From: Bacteroidaceae bacterium
GTDB lineage: Bacteria; Bacteroidota; Bacteroidia; Bacteroidales; Barnesiellaceae_A
Length of the DNA: 64,000 nt
Reading direction: 5' to 3'
NCBI GenBank assembly: GCA_017481745.1
Contig: JAFUOV010000009.1
Span: 54,603-118,602, forward strand
Part shown: positions 32,095-41,482 of the stretch, one piece after another
Layout of the letters: each line of letters opens with the position of its first letter
Numbering within the stretch: the first letter of the stretch is position 1
Made by a program: the position numbers and the translations under genes
Notes under the pieces: model-generated
Told to the model about the DNA's origin: nothing
Databases searched by the model: none
Seen by the model: only the letters and a program-made list of their open reading frames with translations

Positions 32095-33207
32095 ATGAAT
32101 AAAGTTATACTTGTATCTCCTGGTTATGGTAATGGAGGTATTAGATCTTGGACAAAGAAAATACTAAATTCATTTAGTAATGAAGATTATTCTATAACGC
32201 ACATCAGTTCTTCTCGTAGAACTGCACTTAATCCAAACACCAAGGGAGCTATGCGTATCATTGATGGATTAAGAGATTTGTGCGAAACATTTATAAATGT
32301 GAGAAGAACCATAAAGAGTGATAAATATGCAATTATGCATACAACTACAAGTGGTGGATTAGGAACTCTACGCGACTATGTATTAGCTAAATATTGTAAA
32401 ATAAAAGGTCTAAAAACCATCATGCATTGTAGATATGGATGTATTCCTGAAGATTATGCAAAGCGAAATGCTTTGGGTAGGCTTTTAAGAAAGACAATGA
32501 AGTTGTATGATCAAGTATGGGTTTTAGATTCTCGCTCTGAGAAAGCATTAAAGTCTGATCCCGACTTGAAAAATAAAGTATTCCTTACTCCAAATTCTAT
32601 TCAAGTACCTGATAGTTGTAATTTCAAGCCTAAAACATACAAAAATATTGCTTTTATTGGAAATTTAATACCTTCAAAAGGTTTATATGAACTTGTTGAA
32701 GCTGTTGTAAAAAGTGCAGATGATACGGTGTTGACTATTATTGGTCCTGGAAATGAAAGTGTCGTGCAGCATATAAAGGAAATTGCCGCTGATAAGTTAG
32801 ATAGCAATGTTAAAATATTGGGAAGTTTGCCTAACGAAGAAGCGGTAGAGCGAATGAAAGAAATGGATATAGTTGCATTGCCTACATATTATCAATCCGA
32901 AGCGTTTCCAATTTCTATTTTAGAATCGATGAGTTTAGGCAAGCTTGTTATATCAACACCCCGTGCTGCCATAAAAGATATGTTGACTTCTTTAGACGGT
33001 TCTTCATGTGGTATATTGGTAAGAGAAAAGTCTGTAGATGATATTGTTAAAGCAATAACTTGGTGTCAAGAAAATACTACAGAAGCTGATACATTGTGTA
33101 AGAAAGCCTATGAAAAAGTTTATACTGCTTATAGAACAGATGTAGTGTATAATCTTTATCGGTCATTATATACAAAAGTTTTATTAGAAAATAACCCCAC
33201 AACATAA
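32095..33207 (+). CDS. Glycosyltransferase family 4
   Basis: 370 aa. YYQSEAFPISILESMSLGKLVISTP (EX7E). Confidence 0.85.
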   Translation: MNKVILVSPGYGNGGIRSWTKKILNSFSNEDYSITHISSSRRTALNPNTKGAMRIIDGLRDLCETFINVRRTIKSDKYAIMHTTTSGGLGTLRDYVLAKYCKIKGLKTIMHCRYGCIPEDYAKRNALGRLLRKTMKLYDQVWVLDSRSEKALKSDPDLKNKVFLTPNSIQVPDSCNFKPKTYKNIAFIGNLIPSKGLYELVEAVVKSADDTVLTIIGPGNESVVQHIKEIAADKLDSNVKILGSLPNEEAVERMKEMDIVALPTYYQSEAFPISILESMSLGKLVISTPRAAIKDMLTSLDGSSCGILVREKSVDDIVKAITWCQENTTEADTLCKKAYEKVYTAYRTDVVYNLYRSLYTKVLLENNPTT

Positions 33208-33208
33208 T

Positions 33209-34255
33209 ATGTCAATCTTCAAAGACAAAGTCCTGTTGATTACAGGCGGTACGGGCAGTTTTGGTAACGCCGTGCTCAATCGCTTCTTGCGTACTGATAT
33301 TAAGGAAATTCGTGTGTTCTCGCGCGACGAGAAGAAACAAGACGATATGCGCCACGACTTTCAGGCGCGTATGCCCGAGGTGGCTCATAAAATAAAATTC
33401 TTCATTGGCGACGTGCGCGACTTGCAGTCTTGTCGCAATGCCATGCCGGGTGTCGATTACATCTTCCACGCTGCTGCGCTCAAGCAAGTGCCGTCGTGCG
33501 AGTTCTTCCCGATGGAAGCTGTGAAAACCAACGTGATAGGTACCGACAACATCCTCACTGCCGCTATCGAGCATAAGGTGAAGTCGGTCATCTGCCTCTC
33601 TACCGACAAGGCCGCTTATCCCATCAATGCCATGGGTATAACAAAGGCTATCGAGGAGAAAATTGCTGTGGCAAAGTCGCGCTACTCGGGCGAAACAAAG
33701 ATATGCTGTACTCGTTATGGCAACGTTATGTGTTCGCGCGGTTCGGTTATTCCTTTGTGGATCGACCAGATACGCAACGGCAACCCCATTACGCTCACCG
33801 AGCCTTCGATGACTCGCTTCATTATGTCGCTCGAAGAGGCTGTCGACCTCGTGTTATTTGCCTTCGAGCACGGTCAGAATGGCGATATCCTTGTACAAAA
33901 GGCTCCTGCCTGCACCATTCAAACACAAGCCGAGGCTGTGTGCGAACTGTTTGGTGGCAAGAAAGAGGATATCAAGGTGATAGGTATTCGCCATGGTGAG
34001 AAGATGTACGAAACACTGCTTACCAACGAAGAGTGTGCCAAGGCGGAGGATATGGGCGACTTCTATCGCGTGCCTGCCGACAATCGTGGCTTGAATTACG
34101 ACAAATTCTTCAAAGAGGGTGAGGCTGAGCGCAACTTGCTCACCGAGTTCAACTCGAACAACACTCGTATGCTCACCGTTGAGGAGACCAAAGCCAAGAT
34201 TGCTGCTTTGACTTATATTCAGAACGAACTCTCGGGCGTAGGAAATTTGGTGTAG
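33209..34255 (+). CDS. fnlA: UDP-N-acetylglucosamine 4,6-dehydratase/5-epimerase (FnlA/CapE)
   Basis: 348 aa. It is near-colinear with S. aureus CapE as I remember it: KVLLITGGTGSFGNAV...IRVFSRDEKKQDDM...AAALKQVPSCEFFP.EAVKTN..GT...STDKAAYPINAMG..K...E...RYGNVM.SRGSVIPL. Confidence 0.93.
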   Translation: MSIFKDKVLLITGGTGSFGNAVLNRFLRTDIKEIRVFSRDEKKQDDMRHDFQARMPEVAHKIKFFIGDVRDLQSCRNAMPGVDYIFHAAALKQVPSCEFFPMEAVKTNVIGTDNILTAAIEHKVKSVICLSTDKAAYPINAMGITKAIEEKIAVAKSRYSGETKICCTRYGNVMCSRGSVIPLWIDQIRNGNPITLTEPSMTRFIMSLEEAVDLVLFAFEHGQNGDILVQKAPACTIQTQAEAVCELFGGKKEDIKVIGIRHGEKMYETLLTNEECAKAEDMGDFYRVPADNRGLNYDKFFKEGEAERNLLTEFNSNNTRMLTVEETKAKIAALTYIQNELSGVGNLV

Positions 34256-34261
34256 ATAAAA

Positions 34262-34290
34262 GTTTAGGGATTAGAGTTTAAAGTTTAGAG
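34262..34290. repeat. TTTAGAG-type heptad array; left arm of the inverted repeat flanking the four-helix-bundle gene
   Basis: GTTTAGGGATTAGAGTTTAAAGTTTAGAG. Its 3' 21 nt match the reverse complement of 34711-34746 at 20 of 21 positions. Confidence 0.8.
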
Positions 34291-34322
34291 TCTTCTCTGC
34301 GATTAATTCTCAAGAAAATATT

Positions 34323-34688
34323 ATGAGTGATTTCTCGTTCCGTAAACTGAATGCTTATATTATTAGTAAGGAGTTGGTCAAGTCCGTTTATCGTTTAGCT
34401 TCAACATTCCCATCTAATGAGCAATATGCATTGACAACGCAATTACGCAGGGCTGTTATTTCTATTCCCTCTAATCTCGCAGAAGGGATGGGACGAATAT
34501 CCTGTAAAGAGCAGATCCATTTTTTAGAAATAGCCTATGGCTCATTAATGGAGGTACTATGCCAATTGGAAATCGCACTCGAACTTCAATATATTAATAA
34601 AAGTCAATTCACAGATGTAGAATTAAAGATTATCGAAGTTGCACGATTATTATCAGGATTACGTGCATCAATAACAAAAAAACTCTAA
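34323..34688 (+). CDS. Four-helix-bundle protein (formerly the 23S rRNA intervening-sequence protein family)
   Basis: 121 aa. FRKLNAY...EL.K.VYRL...FP..EQYALT.QLRRA..SIPSNLAEG.GR....E...FL.IA.GSL.E...Q is the family signature. Confidence 0.85.
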   Translation: MSDFSFRKLNAYIISKELVKSVYRLASTFPSNEQYALTTQLRRAVISIPSNLAEGMGRISCKEQIHFLEIAYGSLMEVLCQLEIALELQYINKSQFTDVELKIIEVARLLSGLRASITKKL

Positions 34689-34710
34689 TCCTCTTAACGC
34701 TTATACGATT

Positions 34711-34746
34711 CTCTAAATCTCTAAACTCTAAACTCTAAACTCTAAT
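34711..34746. repeat. CTCTAAA heptad array; right arm of the inverted repeat flanking the four-helix-bundle gene
   Basis: CTCTAAATCTCTAAACTCTAAACTCTAAACTCTAAT, about five heptads. It is the reverse-complement orientation of the 34262-34290 array. Confidence 0.8.
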
Positions 34747-34755
34747 CTTTCAGTT

Positions 34756-35958
34756 ATGTATATACTAATTACCGGTGCCAAAGGCTTTGTTGGGCGCAAT
34801 CTTGTGGCACAACTCAACAATATCAAGGACGGCAAGGCAAAGTTCTATGGCGATGTTGTGGTCGATGAAGTGTTCGAGTACGACATCGACTCTACTCCCG
34901 ACGAGCTCGACCGCTATTGCCGCGAAGCCGACTTTGTGTTCAACCTTGCAGGGGTCAATCGCCCTCAAAATCCCGACGAGTTTATGCAAGGCAATTTCGG
35001 CTTTGCATCCACACTGCTCGACACCTTGCGCAAGCACAACAATACCTGCCCCGTAATGCTCAGCTCGTCTATCCAAGCCACCCTCGCCGGACGTTTCGGT
35101 ACGAGCGAATATGGCAAGAGCAAGAAGGCAGGCGAGGAGTTGTTCTTCGACTATGCTGCCACCACCGGTGCGCGAGTGTTGGTATATCGTTTTCCCAATC
35201 TCTTTGGCAAATGGTGCCGTCCCAACTACAACTCGGCAGTGGCTACCTTCTGCAATAACATTGCCAACGACTTGCCCATTACCGTCAACGACCGTTCAAC
35301 CGAGCTCGAGTTGCTCTACATCGACGACCTCGTTGACGAAATGATAGCCGCCATACGGGGCGACGAGCATCATTGCGAGTTTGAGGGTGTCGATACCATC
35401 CTTACCCCCCAAGGTCGTTACTGTGCAGTACCCGTAACGCACAAAATCACTTTAGGCGAGATTGTCGACCTGCTTGACGAGTTCCACGCCCAGCCGCAAT
35501 CGCTCACCATCCCCGACATTCCCGAAGGCTCGTTTGCCAAGAAACTCTACTCGACATACCTTTCGTATCTGCCCAAGGAGAAAGTGGCTTTCCCCTTGAA
35601 GATGAACATCGACGCTCGCGGCAGCTTCACCGAGCTATTGCGCACACGCAATAACGGGCAAGTAAGCATCAACATATCCAAGCCCGGCATCACCAAGGGA
35701 CAACATTGGCACAACACCAAGTGGGAGTTCTTCATGGTCGTAGCAGGTCGCGCACTCATTCAGCAACGCCGCATCGACAGCGACGAAGTGCTCAACTTTG
35801 AGGTCAGTGGCGACAACATTCAAGCCGTACACATGTTACCCGGCTATACGCACAACATTATCAACCTCTCCGACACCGACGACCTCGTTACCGTAATGTG
35901 GTGCAACGAATGTTTCGACCCCAATCGCCCCGATACATACTTCCTGCCGGTAGAGTAA
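34756..35958 (+). CDS. fnlB: FnlB/CapF bifunctional reductase/epimerase (SDR domain plus C-terminal cupin)
   Basis: 400 aa. ITGAKGFVGRNL, HLAGVNRP-like LAGVNRPQ, LSSSIQAT, PNLFGKWCRPNYNSAVATFC, GSFTELL, ISKPGITKGQHWHNTK and MWCNECFDPNRPDTYF. Confidence 0.9.
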   Translation: MYILITGAKGFVGRNLVAQLNNIKDGKAKFYGDVVVDEVFEYDIDSTPDELDRYCREADFVFNLAGVNRPQNPDEFMQGNFGFASTLLDTLRKHNNTCPVMLSSSIQATLAGRFGTSEYGKSKKAGEELFFDYAATTGARVLVYRFPNLFGKWCRPNYNSAVATFCNNIANDLPITVNDRSTELELLYIDDLVDEMIAAIRGDEHHCEFEGVDTILTPQGRYCAVPVTHKITLGEIVDLLDEFHAQPQSLTIPDIPEGSFAKKLYSTYLSYLPKEKVAFPLKMNIDARGSFTELLRTRNNGQVSINISKPGITKGQHWHNTKWEFFMVVAGRALIQQRRIDSDEVLNFEVSGDNIQAVHMLPGYTHNIINLSDTDDLVTVMWCNECFDPNRPDTYFLPVE

Positions 35959-36008
35959 TACTATATAAAATAAGAGTGATTATGGTTTATTGTTGAGCAA
36001 AGATACTT

Positions 36009-36060
36009 CTCTAAATACTAAACTCTCTCAACCCGAACCCCTAAACTCTAAACTCTAAAC
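36009..36060. repeat. Solo CTCTAAA-type heptad arrays in the fnlB-fnlC spacer
   Basis: CTCTAAATACTAAACTCTC ... CCTAAACTCTAAACTCTAAAC. Same orientation as the 34711-34746 array, with no ORF enclosed. Confidence 0.7.
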
Positions 36061-36069
36061 ATTCACAAC

Positions 36070-37254
36070 ATGAACATTAAACTCGACTATTCGACTGTAA
36101 GTTTCAAGAACGACGGTCGCCTCAAACTGCTCATCATCGTAGGAACTCGCCCCGAGATTATACGCCTCGCAGCAGTCATTAACAAATGTCGCAAATACTT
36201 CGACACCATATTGGCACACACAGGTCAGAACTACGACTACAACCTCAACGGCGTATTTTTCAGAGATCTCAAACTCGCCGACCCCGAGGTATACATGGAT
36301 GCCGTAGGCGACGACCTTGGCGCAACCATGGGCAACATCATCAACGCATCGTACAAACTGATGGTGCAAGTCAAGCCCGATGCCGTACTCGTACTTGGCG
36401 ACACCAACAGCTGCCTGTCGGTAATCGGCGCCAAACGCCTACACATACCCATCTTCCACATGGAAGCCGGTAACCGCTGCTTCGACGAATGTCTGCCCGA
36501 AGAGACCAACCGTCGCATCGTCGACATCATCTCCGACGTCAACCTCTGCTACTCCGAGCACGCACGTCGTTACCTCAACGCATCGGGCGTAGCCAAAGAA
36601 CGCACCTACGTAACCGGTTCGCCCATGGCAGAAGTCTTGCACGAAAACCTCGCCGACATCGAGGCAAGCGACATACACGCACGACTCGGTCTCGAAAAAG
36701 GTCGATACATACTCCTCTCGGCACACCGCGAAGAAAATATCGACACCGAGCGCAACTTCACAAGCCTCTTCACAGCCATCAACCGCATGGCAGAGAAGTA
36801 CGATATGCCCATACTCTATTCGTGCCACCCACGCAGTCGCAACCGATTGGCAGCAAGTGGGTTTAAACTCGATCCACGCGTCATCCAACACGAGCCTCTC
36901 GGCTTCCACGACTACAACTGCTTGCAGATGAATGCCTTTGCAGTAGTAAGCGATAGCGGAACACTCCCCGAAGAAAGCTCATTCTTCACATCCGTAGGAC
37001 ACTCATTCCCCGCAGTGTGCATACGCACCAGCACCGAGCGCCCCGAGGCCCTCGACAAAGGCTGCTTCATCCTCGCCGGCATCGACGAGCACTCACTGCT
37101 CCAAGCCGTCGACACAGCCGTAGAGATGGTACGCAACTACGACAACGGTATACCCGTACCCAACTACACCGACGAAAACGTATCAACCAAAGTCGTAAAA
37201 CTCATACAATCCTACACCGGCGTTGTCAACAAAATGGTGTGGAGAAAATTCTAA
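36070..37254 (+). CDS. fnlC: UDP-N-acetylglucosamine/UDP-L-TalNAc 2-epimerase, non-hydrolysing (FnlC/CapG)
   Basis: 394 aa. LKLLIIVGTRPEIIRLA, HTGQNYDYNL, GDTNS, HMEAGNRCFD and PEE.NRRIVD. Confidence 0.9.
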   Translation: MNIKLDYSTVSFKNDGRLKLLIIVGTRPEIIRLAAVINKCRKYFDTILAHTGQNYDYNLNGVFFRDLKLADPEVYMDAVGDDLGATMGNIINASYKLMVQVKPDAVLVLGDTNSCLSVIGAKRLHIPIFHMEAGNRCFDECLPEETNRRIVDIISDVNLCYSEHARRYLNASGVAKERTYVTGSPMAEVLHENLADIEASDIHARLGLEKGRYILLSAHREENIDTERNFTSLFTAINRMAEKYDMPILYSCHPRSRNRLAASGFKLDPRVIQHEPLGFHDYNCLQMNAFAVVSDSGTLPEESSFFTSVGHSFPAVCIRTSTERPEALDKGCFILAGIDEHSLLQAVDTAVEMVRNYDNGIPVPNYTDENVSTKVVKLIQSYTGVVNKMVWRKF

Positions 37255-37265
37255 AAATATATAAG

Positions 37266-38477
37266 ATGAATAACAAACTTCGTAACGTTCCATTCTCGCC
37301 GCCCGATATGAGTGAATGCGAGATTGCTGAAGTAAGTGAAGCACTACGCTCTGGATGGATTACCACCGGACCACGTACCAAAGAGTTTGAGAAACAAATC
37401 TCTGATTATTGTCACACCGATAAAGCGGTGTGCCTAAACTCGGCAACAGCTTGTATGGAGCTTATATTGCGAGTTCTTGGTGTTGGTCCCGGCGATGAAG
37501 TCATAACATCGGCATATACATATACAGCAACAGCAAGTGTTACTTGTCACGTTGGTGCCAAAGTAGTGATGGTCGATACTGCTCCTAACTCCTTTGAAAT
37601 GGATTATGACAAACTTGCCGATGCTATAACCGAACGTACGAAAGTTATTCTGCCGGTCGATTTAGGTGGAGTAGTGTGCGATTACGATAAGATATATGCT
37701 GCAGTAGAGAGTCGTAAACATCTGTTCCGTCCGTCAAACGATATACAACGCGCATACGGTAGGGTAGTAGTGTTGGCCGATGCAGCACACGCCTTCGGAG
37801 CGCAATGGCACGGCAAGATGTGTGGAGAAATAGCCGATTTTACCTCATTCTCGTTCCACGCAGTGAAGAATCTTACTACTGCCGAAGGTGGTGCGCTTAC
37901 TTGGCGTACTCACGAAGGGGTTGATAATGAATGGTTGTATAAGCAGTTCCAACTCTTTTCGTTGCACGGACAAAATAAGGATGCACTTGCCAAAACAAAA
38001 TTGGGTGCGTGGGAGTATGATATTGTTGCCCCCAACTACAAGTGCAATATGACCGATATTATGGCCGCCATAGGCTTGGCTCAATTCAAGCGTTATCCCG
38101 ATATGCTCCGTCGTCGCCACGATATTATTCGCAAATATAATGATGCGTTGAAAGGTCATAATGTGCAGACATTGACACATGTTGGCGACAACCACACATC
38201 GAGTGGACACCTCTACTTGGTACGTTTGTTGGATTGTGATGTGGAAGAACGAAATCGCATCATTGAGCAAATGGCAGAGCGTGGCATTGCCTGCAATGTA
38301 CACTATAAGCCACTGCCTATGATGACGGCATATAAAGCATTAGGTTTCGACATAGCCAACTATCCCAATGCATATAACCAATATCGCAATGAAGTAACCC
38401 TGCCGTTACACACTCGCCTCACCGATGAGGATGTTGAGTATGTCATCAGCAATTTTGTAGAAGTAATAAGTCAATAA
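37266..38477 (+). CDS. DegT/DnrJ/EryC1-family PLP-dependent sugar 4-aminotransferase (PglE/WcfR-like)
   Basis: 403 aa from ATG 37266. FSPPDMSECEIAEVSEALRSGWITTGPRTKEFE, and SFHAVKNLTTAEGG carries the PLP lysine. The longer track ORF from 37017 is an out-of-context extension overlapping fnlC. Confidence 0.9.
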   Translation: MNNKLRNVPFSPPDMSECEIAEVSEALRSGWITTGPRTKEFEKQISDYCHTDKAVCLNSATACMELILRVLGVGPGDEVITSAYTYTATASVTCHVGAKVVMVDTAPNSFEMDYDKLADAITERTKVILPVDLGGVVCDYDKIYAAVESRKHLFRPSNDIQRAYGRVVVLADAAHAFGAQWHGKMCGEIADFTSFSFHAVKNLTTAEGGALTWRTHEGVDNEWLYKQFQLFSLHGQNKDALAKTKLGAWEYDIVAPNYKCNMTDIMAAIGLAQFKRYPDMLRRRHDIIRKYNDALKGHNVQTLTHVGDNHTSSGHLYLVRLLDCDVEERNRIIEQMAERGIACNVHYKPLPMMTAYKALGFDIANYPNAYNQYRNEVTLPLHTRLTDEDVEYVISNFVEVISQ

Positions 38478-38492
38478 ATTTTTATCGAGGCG

Positions 38493-39689
38493 ATGAAAAC
38501 AAAAAAAATATTGATGCTGGGTGGTGGTTTCCTGCAATGTTTTGTTATTAAAAAAGCAAAACAATTGGGCTACGAAGTTCACGTTCTCGATGCTAATCCA
38601 CAAGCCGAAGGTTTCAAGTATGCCGATGCTTATGCCGTTATCAATATTGTTGATGAAGAGGCTTGCTTGGCGTACGCTCGTAGTGAGAATGTTGATGGTG
38701 TGCTTACTGCTGCTACCGACTATAGCGTGCTTGCTATGAGTCGTATCGCTTCTGAGTTGCATCTGCCGGGTATCAATTACTCATCGGCAAAACTCATAAA
38801 AAACAAAGCCGAAGTGCGCAGATGTCTTTTCGATGCTCAAGCAGATGATACAGGATATTCTTATGAAATATCCTCATCGCAAGAGGCTCTATCAGTTCTA
38901 CCGGAAGTAAAATTCCCCGTAATGGTCAAGCCTTGTGACGGATCGGGTAGTAGAGGTGCATCGCGTGTCGATAATCCCGATGAGTTTGTTACTGCGTGTG
39001 AGTATGCTATGCAAGGATCTATAACACATCGTGCAGTAGCCGAGCCTTTTGTGGTTGGTCGAGAGTATGGTGTTGAATCTTTTGTAAACCAAGGCGAAAT
39101 ACATATCTTGGCAGTAATGCAAAAAGATATGACTATGCCACCCTACTATGCCGAACTGGGGCACGCTATTCCTTCGGGCTTATCGGTCGAAATGGAGGCA
39201 AAAGTAAAAGAGTGTGTACGTCGTGCCTTGATAGCACTTGGGGTCAATCACGGCTCGGTCAATATGGACTTGCTTATTGATAGCGACGGTGGTGTACACA
39301 TAGTTGATATAGGTGCGCGTATGGGTGGTAATCTCATAGGTTCGCATATAATACCTTTGGGAACAGGTATAGATTATATGGCCAATATGATAAAGGCTGC
39401 AATGAGTGATGAGGTCGATTTTACTCCTCAAACAGAGTCGGCACCCGTAGCCACCAAACTATTGGCCTTGACTCCGGGAGTTGTAGCATCCTTACCCAAT
39501 TTCGATAATATTGCTACGACCTACAAAGTGACAATAGAACACCACTTGCACCAAGGCGATACAATTACCCCATATCGTACCAACCTCGATGGTTGTGGAT
39601 ATGTGGTTGCTACAGGTCGTGATGTTTATGAGGCGATTGATACAGCAAGAATGGTTCGTGAAATTATTGACTGCACTATTATACGATAA
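38493..39689 (+). CDS. ATP-grasp carboxylate-amine ligase (classical pre-ATP-grasp plus ATP-grasp architecture)
   Basis: 398 aa. KKILMLGGGFLQ...KQLGYEVHVLD, FPVMVKPCDGSGSRGASRV and HIVDIGARMGGN. Confidence 0.8.
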   Translation: MKTKKILMLGGGFLQCFVIKKAKQLGYEVHVLDANPQAEGFKYADAYAVINIVDEEACLAYARSENVDGVLTAATDYSVLAMSRIASELHLPGINYSSAKLIKNKAEVRRCLFDAQADDTGYSYEISSSQEALSVLPEVKFPVMVKPCDGSGSRGASRVDNPDEFVTACEYAMQGSITHRAVAEPFVVGREYGVESFVNQGEIHILAVMQKDMTMPPYYAELGHAIPSGLSVEMEAKVKECVRRALIALGVNHGSVNMDLLIDSDGGVHIVDIGARMGGNLIGSHIIPLGTGIDYMANMIKAAMSDEVDFTPQTESAPVATKLLALTPGVVASLPNFDNIATTYKVTIEHHLHQGDTITPYRTNLDGCGYVVATGRDVYEAIDTARMVREIIDCTIIR

Positions 39690-39691
39690 CT

Positions 39692-40882
39692 ATGAAGAAA
39701 ATTTTGATTATCGGTGCCGGTGATTATCAAGTACCGGCTATTAAGCGGGTGCGACAAATGGGCTATGCTGCATACTGTGTCGATTATAAAGAGGGACAGC
39801 CGGGCTTTGAATATGCCGATGGATACAAAATTATAGATGTAAAAGACAAAGAGGCCTGCTTGGCGTTTGCTCAAGAACTATCCATTGATGGTGTACTTAC
39901 TTGGGGGGCAACTCTTACGTTACCTACGGTAAGTTACATTGGTGAGAGAATGAATCTCCCTTGTATGCCTATGGCAACATCGGAAATCTCTATGAGTAAG
40001 TATCAAATAAGAAAGGCATTAGATGATTTTGGCCTAAATAGTGCAGGACGCACATTTGAGTTAAATAGTCAAGAAGAGGCTAAAAATCGAGAATACTCAT
40101 TGCCGTTTGTGGTTAAGCCTACCGATGGATCGGGAAGCAAAGGCGTATGTATAGTAAAAGAATCGAGCGAAATAGAAAATGCTATACAATATGCATTTGA
40201 AGGCGCACGCAATAATCAGATATATGTTGAGCCGTATATCGATGGTGAAGAATTTACGGTAGAAGCCTATGTTTGCAATGGTAAATGTTACATATACTCT
40301 ATTGTGAAAACAGAGTTCTATTGGACAGAAAACTATCCTATATACAAGCAAACAACATATTTGGGTATAACTCCCGAAGTAGAGCAGGCAATAACTCTTG
40401 AAGTTGAAAAAGCCGTAAAGGCATTAAATGTTACTTGGGGACCTATAAACTTCGATTTGATAGTATCTGCCGACAATAACAAGCCGTATATTATCGATAT
40501 TGGTATCCGTAATGGACAAAATCTTATTGCATCGCACATAGTACCCTATTCGCGTGGTGTTGATGAGTTAGACAATAGTATCAATCTCTGCTTGGGCATC
40601 GAAACCGATGCTATTCCTAAAAAGAAGAAATACATATCTTCTCGACTGCTTATTTATAATCCCGGAGTAATAAAGCAGATAAAGGATGTTAATCAAGTAA
40701 TTGGTACAAATAACATCGTTGACGTAATTATGCGTAAGAAAGAGGGAGATATACTCCCACCATATCAAACAAAGTCGGATATATGTGGCTGGGTGCTTAC
40801 TGAAGGTGATACTCCCGATGCTGCAAGCCAATATGCCGATGCTGCTTGGGAAACTCTGCAAAACTATATTATCATTGAATAA
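39692..40882 (+). CDS. ATP-grasp carboxylate-amine ligase; tandem paralog of 38493-39689
   Basis: 396 aa. KKILIIGAGDYQ...RQMGYAAYCVD, LPFVVKPTDGSGSKGVCIV and YIIDIGIRNGQN. Confidence 0.8.
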   Translation: MKKILIIGAGDYQVPAIKRVRQMGYAAYCVDYKEGQPGFEYADGYKIIDVKDKEACLAFAQELSIDGVLTWGATLTLPTVSYIGERMNLPCMPMATSEISMSKYQIRKALDDFGLNSAGRTFELNSQEEAKNREYSLPFVVKPTDGSGSKGVCIVKESSEIENAIQYAFEGARNNQIYVEPYIDGEEFTVEAYVCNGKCYIYSIVKTEFYWTENYPIYKQTTYLGITPEVEQAITLEVEKAVKALNVTWGPINFDLIVSADNNKPYIIDIGIRNGQNLIASHIVPYSRGVDELDNSINLCLGIETDAIPKKKKYISSRLLIYNPGVIKQIKDVNQVIGTNNIVDVIMRKKEGDILPPYQTKSDICGWVLTEGDTPDAASQYADAAWETLQNYIIIE

Positions 40883-40893
40883 ATAGCAATATT

Positions 40894-41481
40894 ATGTATC
40901 AAAATTTTATCAAACCCATCTGTGATTGGATAATTGCTTTAATTGCATTTCCCTTCTTTTGTATCATTTGGATATGTGTTGCAATAGCCATTAAATTGGA
41001 AGATGGTGGTCCTGTATTTTATATGGCCGAGCGTATAGGAAAAAACAGTAAGAAACTGATGATGTTTAAGTTTCGCTCTATGAAAGTGAATGCCGAAAAC
41101 ATAACAAACCCCGATGGCAGTTCGTTTAATGCAAAAGATGATCCTCGTGTGACCAAGGTGGGTAAATTCTTGCGCGAAACAAGCCTCGATGAAACAGCCC
41201 AAGTATTGAATATGCTTAAAGGCGAAATGAGCCTTGTCGGCCCTCGTGCAAGTGGATGGTCGGCATTGGAAAATTATCAACCCGATGAAGTTGATAAGAT
41301 GAAAGTTCGCCCCGGTATTACAGGTTATACTCAAGCATATTATCGCAACAGTATAGGTGTACGAGATAAACGTCTTAAAGATGCTTGGTATGCCAATAAC
41401 ATATCATTTATGCTCGATGTTAAAATTTTCTTTAAAACAATACAAACAGTATTGAAACACAATAATATTTATACGAATTAA
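40894..41481 (+). CDS. Small (PglC/WcfS-like) undecaprenyl-phosphate sugar-phosphate transferase; initiating enzyme
   Basis: 195 aa. One re-entrant N-terminal helix, then GGPVFY...R.G.....F...KFRSM, DPRVTKVG.FLR..SLDE..Q..N.LKGEMSLVGPR. Confidence 0.9.
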   Translation: MYQNFIKPICDWIIALIAFPFFCIIWICVAIAIKLEDGGPVFYMAERIGKNSKKLMMFKFRSMKVNAENITNPDGSSFNAKDDPRVTKVGKFLRETSLDETAQVLNMLKGEMSLVGPRASGWSALENYQPDEVDKMKVRPGITGYTQAYYRNSIGVRDKRLKDAWYANNISFMLDVKIFFKTIQTVLKHNNIYTN

Positions 41482-41482
41482 T

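Noticed and set aside
25190-33208. AT-rich block considered as an integrated mobile element
   Set aside because: No integrase, transposase, tRNA target or terminal repeats are visible at either boundary. Every gene in it is a standard capsule function (Wzx, Wzy, GTs, amidoligases). Cassette exchange within the locus is the simpler reading.
34262-36060. Heptad arrays considered as a CRISPR array or a simple microsatellite
   Set aside because: The units are 7 nt with no spacers, so this is not a CRISPR. Their paired inverted arrangement around an ORF argues against a plain slippage microsatellite. They are reported as repeats and as a cassette instead.
37017-37265. N-terminal 83-codon extension of the aminotransferase ORF
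   Set aside because: The extension overlaps the 3' end of fnlC out of frame and is R/H/P-rich. The DegT-family homology starts at the ATG at 37266 (MNNKLRNVPFSPPDM...).
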